DNA of 64,000 nt from Bacteroidia bacterium. Lineage in GTDB: Bacteria; Bacteroidota; Bacteroidia; SXHM01. Where the stretch lies: positions 366,150 to 430,149 of the forward strand of contig JAJVIC010000007.1 in assembly GCA_022072225.1 (NCBI GenBank). The letters run 5' to 3'. The notes under the pieces were generated by a model that was given only the letters and a program-made list of their open reading frames with translations, did not search any database and was not told the origin of the DNA. The translations under genes were made by a program, and so were the position numbers. This document shows, one piece after another, positions 51,801 to 57,800 of this stretch (its first letter is position 1; each line of letters begins with the position of its first letter).

Positions 51801-54800
51801 GCTGTTCCCGAAGCATTTAGTTGAATAGTAATATTCTGACAAATTGCTGTTGGCGGTGTAACATCGTTCACTGTAACCGTTGCATTACAACTTGCTGAAT
51901 TTCCATTTTCATCGGTAACCGTTAACGTAACTGTATTGGCACCAACATTCGCACAAGTAAATGAAGAAGGTGAAACAGTAATAGAAGTAACTCCACAGGC
52001 ATCTGAACTTCCGTTATCAATTTGCGAAGCAAGAATAGTAGCAGTTCCTGATGAATTTAAATCAATACTGATATTCTGGCATAATGCAATCGGATCAACA
52101 TTATCCTGAACAGTAACCGTTGCTGTGCAGGTTGCTACATTACCGTTTACATCCGTAACGGTTAGTATAACAGGGTTGGGCCCCACACCAGCACACGTAA
52201 ACGAATTTGGAGAAACAGTCATGGAGGCAATTCCGCAGTTATCAGTACTTCCGTTATTAATTTGTGCGGCTGTAATGGAAACATTACCGGTAGCATCTAA
52301 CTGAACAGTTATATTTTGGCAAATTGCTGTGGGTGGTATAATATCATTTACTGTAACCGTTGCTGTGCAGGTTGCAGTATTTCCGCTTTGGTCTGTAACC
52401 GTTAGTGTAACGGTATTTGGTCCGACATTAGAACAGTTAAAAGTAGAAGGTGAAACAGATAAGGATGTAACAGTGCAGTTGTCAGTCGAGCCATTATTTA
52501 GTTGAGCAGCAGTAATACTTGCCGTTCCGGATGAATTTAAGTTCACTGAAATATTCTGGCAAATTGCTGTTGGAGCAATGTTATCAATTACGGTAACCGT
52601 TGCTGTGCAGGTTGAAATATTTCCGTTAACATCGGTTACGGTTAAAGTAACCGTATTGGCACCTAAATCAGAGCAATCAAACGCAGAGGGCGAAACCGAC
52701 AGCGAAGCAATTGCGCAGTTATCAGAACTTCCGTTGTTTACCTGTGCGGCTGTAACAGAAGCATTTCCTGTAGCATCTAATGCTACCGTTACATTTTGGC
52801 AAATTGCAATTGGAGGGATTATATCGTTAACGGTTACAATACCGGTGCAGGTTCCAATATTTCCATTTACATCTGTAACAGTCAGCGTTACTGTATTTGC
52901 GCCAACATTAGAACAGTTAAAAGTAGAAGGTGAAACCGAAAGCGATAAAATTCCACAGGCATCAGAACTGCCGTTGTTAACCTGAGCGGCTGTTATGCTC
53001 GCTGTTCCTGATGAGTTAAGGTTTACAGTAACATTCTGACAAACTGCTGTTGGTGGTGTTACATCATTAACAGTTACCGTTGCGGTGCAGGTTGATATAT
53101 TTCCGTTGTTGTCGGTTACAGTCAATGTTACCGTGTTTGTGCCAACATTAGAACAAGTGAATGAAGAAGGCGAAACAGACAACAAAGCAATTCCGCAGGC
53201 ATCCGAACTTCCGTTGTTTACTTGGGCTGCAGTGATTGTTGCAACCCCTGATGAGTTCAGGTTTACCGAAATATTTTGACAAACTGCAATAGGTGCTGTG
53301 TTATCAATTACTGTTACTGTTGCAGTACAGGTTGATGTATTTCCATTGTTATCGGTAACCGTTAATGTAACCGTGTTAGCACCTACGTTAGCGCAAGTAA
53401 ACGAAGATGGCGAAACCGAAAGTGAGGCAATTCCACAGGCATCTGATGAACCGTTATTAACCTGTGCGGCTGTTATGGTTGCGTTGCCAGATGAGTTTAG
53501 GTTTACTGAAATATTCTGGCAAATGGCTGTAGGTGCAGTAACATCATTTACAGTAACTGTAGCAGTGCAGGTCGAAGAATTGCCATTTACATCAGTAACT
53601 GTAAGTGTAACTGTATTTGCACCGACATTAGCGCACGTGAATGTAGAAGGTGAAACGGAAAGCGAAGCAATTCCGCAGGCATCAGAACTTCCGTTATTAA
53701 TCTGTGCGGCTGTTATACTTGCATTTCCTGCTGCATTAAGATTTACAGTAATATTCTGACAAACTGCAGTGGGCGCAAGGTTATCCTGAACAGTTACCGT
53801 TGCCGTGCAGGTTGATGAATTTCCATTTACATCTGTAACGGTAAGCGTAACGCTATTTGCACCCACATTGGAGCAATTAAAAGTTGAAGGAGAAACCGAC
53901 AATGAAGCTATTCCGCAAGCATCGCTGGAACCATTATTTACTTGTGCTGCAGTAATTGTTGCTATTCCAGCAGCATTTAACGGAATCGTGATATTTTGAC
54001 AAACTGCTGTTGGAGGTGTAATATCAACAATCGTAACAGTTGCTGTGCAGGTTGACGAATTTCCGCTTCCGTCAGTAACTGTTAGTGTAACCGTATTTGC
54101 GCCAACATTGGCACAGGTAAATGATGATGGCGAAACGTTTAATGTAACTGCTCCGCACACATCCGAACTTCCGTTATTTACCTGAGCTGCAGTTATGGTT
54201 GCAGTTCCGGAAGAATTAAGATTTACGGTAATATTCTGACAGTTGGCAACCGGAGGCGTTACATCAACAATTGCAACAGTAGCTGTGCAGGTTGATGAAT
54301 TTCCGTTTACATCGGTAACAGTGAGCGTAACATTATTTGGTCCCAGATTGGCACATGTAAATGTAGAAGGCGAAACACTGAGCGTTGCTATTCCGCAAGC
54401 ATCACTGCTGCCGTTATTCACCTGTGATCCGGTAATGGTAACCGTTCCGCCTGCACCAAGATTCACCGAAATATTCTGACAAATTGCAGTTGGAGGTGTT
54501 ACATCGTTCACCGTTACAATTGCAGCGCAGGTAGCAGTGTTTCCGTTCACATCGGTTACTGTTAATGTAACCGTATTTGCGCCAACATTAGCACAGTTGA
54601 ATGTACTTGGCGAAACCGAAATCGAAGCAATTCCACAATTGTCGGTAGAGCCATTGTTTACTTGAGCAGCGGTAATAGTTGCAGTTCCTGCTGCATTTAA
54701 GTTCACTGAAATATTCTGACAAATTGCCGTAGGTGCAACCTGATCAGCAACTGTAACAGTTGCTGTGCAGGTTGAAACGTTACCGCTTAAGTCAGTAACT

Positions 54801-57800
54801 GTAAGTGTAACGGTATTTGGTCCAACCTGCGAACAGTTAAATGTGTTTGGTGAAACAGTTATACTGGCTATTCCACAGGCATCGGTGCTTCCATTGTCAA
54901 CATCACCAGCAGCAATAGTAACCGTTCCCGCAGCATTTAATTGAGCAGTAATATTTGTACAAATTGCAGTTGGTGGCGTAACATCAATTACAGTTACAGT
55001 GGCTGTGCAGGTTGATGAATTTCCGTTTACATCGGTAACAGTAAGTGTTACTGTATTAGCACCGGTATTAGCACAGGTAAATGAAGAAGGCGAAACAGAC
55101 AATGAAGCAATACCGCATGCATCTGTTGAACCATTATTTACCTGGGCGGCTGTGATGGTGGCATTCCCTGATGAATTCAAATCCACCGTAATATTCTGAC
55201 AAACTGCAGTAGGAGGTGTTACATCAGCAACAGTAACTGTAGCTGTACAGGTCGAAGTATTTCCGTTTACATCCGTTACGGTTAAAGTAACAGTATTTGC
55301 TCCAACATTAGCACAGGTAAATGAATTAGGCGAAACACTCATGCTTGCTATTCCGCATGCATCCGAACTTCCGTTGTTTACCTGAGCAGCTGTGATGGAA
55401 ACACTTCCCGCAGCATTCAGGTTTACTGTAATATTCTGACAAACTGCTGATGGCGGAACATTATCAACCACTGTTACAGTAGAGGTACACGAAGCAGTGT
55501 TTCCGTTTACATCTGTAACAATAAGTGTAACCGTATTTGCACCAACGTTTGCACACGTAAAGGTGTTGGGTGTAACACTCATACTTGCAATTCCGCAGTT
55601 ATCTGAACTTCCGTTATCAACCTGCGCAGGTGTAATAGACGCAGTTCCTCCCGCACTTAAAGGAACAGTAACATTACTGCAAAGCGCTGTAGGAGGTGTA
55701 TTGTCATCCTGTATAATAGTAGCAGTTGCTGTGGCGGTGCAACCGCGGGAATCAGTAACTGTTACAGTGTAAGAACCAACCGAAAGGTTGGTAATCGTTG
55801 CTGTTCCGTCTCCTGTTGGTGTTCCGGGTGTCCAGTCATACGTATAACCCGGTGTTCCGCCCGATGGTGTTACGGTTGCAGCTCCGTTATTTCCACCGGA
55901 ACAACTTACTGGTGTGGTTGATGATATTGTTGCTGTTGGATTAGAATTTACCGTTACCGTTGTAACTGCTGATATGGTAGAACAACCGTTGGAGTTAGTT
56001 ACCGTTACTGTATAATTTCCTCCTGCTGTTGCTGTATAGGTTGAAGATGTAGCTCCTCCTATAGGGCTGCCACCTAAATTCCATTGATAACCTGTAATAC
56101 TCCCCGAACCTGCAGTTGAAGTTGCTGCAGATAACACCGTGCTGCCTCCAGAGCAGAATGATGGTGTTCCTGTAATTGTTGCCACAGGATTGGCATTAAC
56201 AGTTACCACAAAATTTGCCGATGTAGTTGAGCAACCGTTTGAGTTGGTTACAATAACCGAATACGTTCCGGCAGCAGTTGCTGTATAAGTAGAAGCAGTT
56301 GCTCCTCCTATATTACTACCACCCAATCTCCATTGATATCCTGTTATTGATCCCGAACCCGCGGTTGAGGTAGCAGCAGATAATACAGTGCTTCCTCCTG
56401 CACAGAAAGAAGCTGTTCCTGTTATGGTTGCCGTTGGATTAGCATTAACAGAAACTACTGTAATAGACGATGTGGTAGAGCAACCGTTTGAGTTCGTAAC
56501 TGTTACTGTATAATTTCCTGCTGCGGTTGCTGTATAAGTAGATGCTGTTGCTCCACCAATCGGACTGCCTGCTAAATTCCATTGATAACCTGTTATACTT
56601 CCCGAACCCGCAGTTGATGTTGCTGCAGATAACACCGTACTACCTCCTGCACAAAACGAAGTTGTTCCTGTTATAGTAGCTGTTGGGTTAGCATTTACAG
56701 TAACTACAAAATTTGCCGAAGTAGTTGAGCAGCCGTTGGAGTTGGTAACAATCACCGAATATGTTCCCGCAGCAGTTGCTGTATAAGTAGAAGCAGTAGC
56801 GCCTCCTATATTACTGCCGCCTACTCTCCATTGATACCCTGTTATTGATCCCGAACCTGGTGTTGAGGTAGCAGCTGATAATACAGTGCTACCTCCGCTA
56901 CAAAAATTATTAGTACCTGTTATAGTAGCTGTAGGGTTAGCATTTACTGTAACTACAAAATTGGCTGAGGTATTTGTACAGCCATTTGAATTGGTAACAA
57001 TCACCGAATAAGTTCCTGCCGCAGTGGCTGTATAAGTAGAAGCAGTAGCGCCTCCTATATTGCTGCCGTTCAATCTCCATTGGTAACCGGTTATAGAACC
57101 CGAACCGGCTGTAGAGGTAGTTGCTGAAAGAAGCGTGCTTCCGCCCGAGCAAAAACTGTTTGTTCCTGTAACTATTGCCGTTGGATTTGCATTTACAGTT
57201 ACAGTTGTAGTCGCAGAAGTTGTTGAACAACCGTTAGAGTTGGTAACTGTTACCGTGTAATTTCCTCCTGCTGATGCTGAATAGGTTGAAGCAGTAGCCC
57301 CACTAATCGGGCTGCCTCCCAAATTCCACTGATAACCTGTAATTGAACCTGAACCCGCTGTTGAGGTAGTTGCTGAAAGCGTAACACTTCCGCCAGAACA
57401 AAATGTGGTAGGGCCTCCGGTTATAGTAGCTGTAGGATTTGCATTTACACTAACAATCGTATTTCCTGATGTTGCTGAACACCCGTTGGAGTTAGTAACT
57501 GTTACCGAGTAGGTTCCGGCTGCTGTTACTGTGTAGGTAGATGAAGTAGCTCCGGATATTGGACTGCCTGCTAAATTCCACTGATACCCTGTTATAGAAC
57601 CCGAACCTGCTGTTGAAGTAGCTGCAGATAAAACCGTACTTCCACCTGCGCAAAATGACGGAGTTCCTGTTATAGTTGCCGTAGGGTTTGCATTAACTGT
57701 AACTATAAAATTTGCAGAGGTAGTTGAGCATCCGTTTGAATTAGTTACCGTTACCGAGTAGGTTCCTCCCACTGTTGCAGTATAGGTTGAAGCTGTTGCT

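Noticed and set aside
40315-55772. Dozens of plus-strand ORFs (60-243 aa) inside the giant adhesin gene, for example 48708-49439, 53298-53759 and 46569-47024
   Set aside because: They are antisense to a 7,596-aa uninterrupted ORF and occur at 240-bp multiples. Their translations are low-complexity mirror images of the HYR repeats (MQVE.FPFTSVTV...). They are stop-free by virtue of repeat composition, not real genes.
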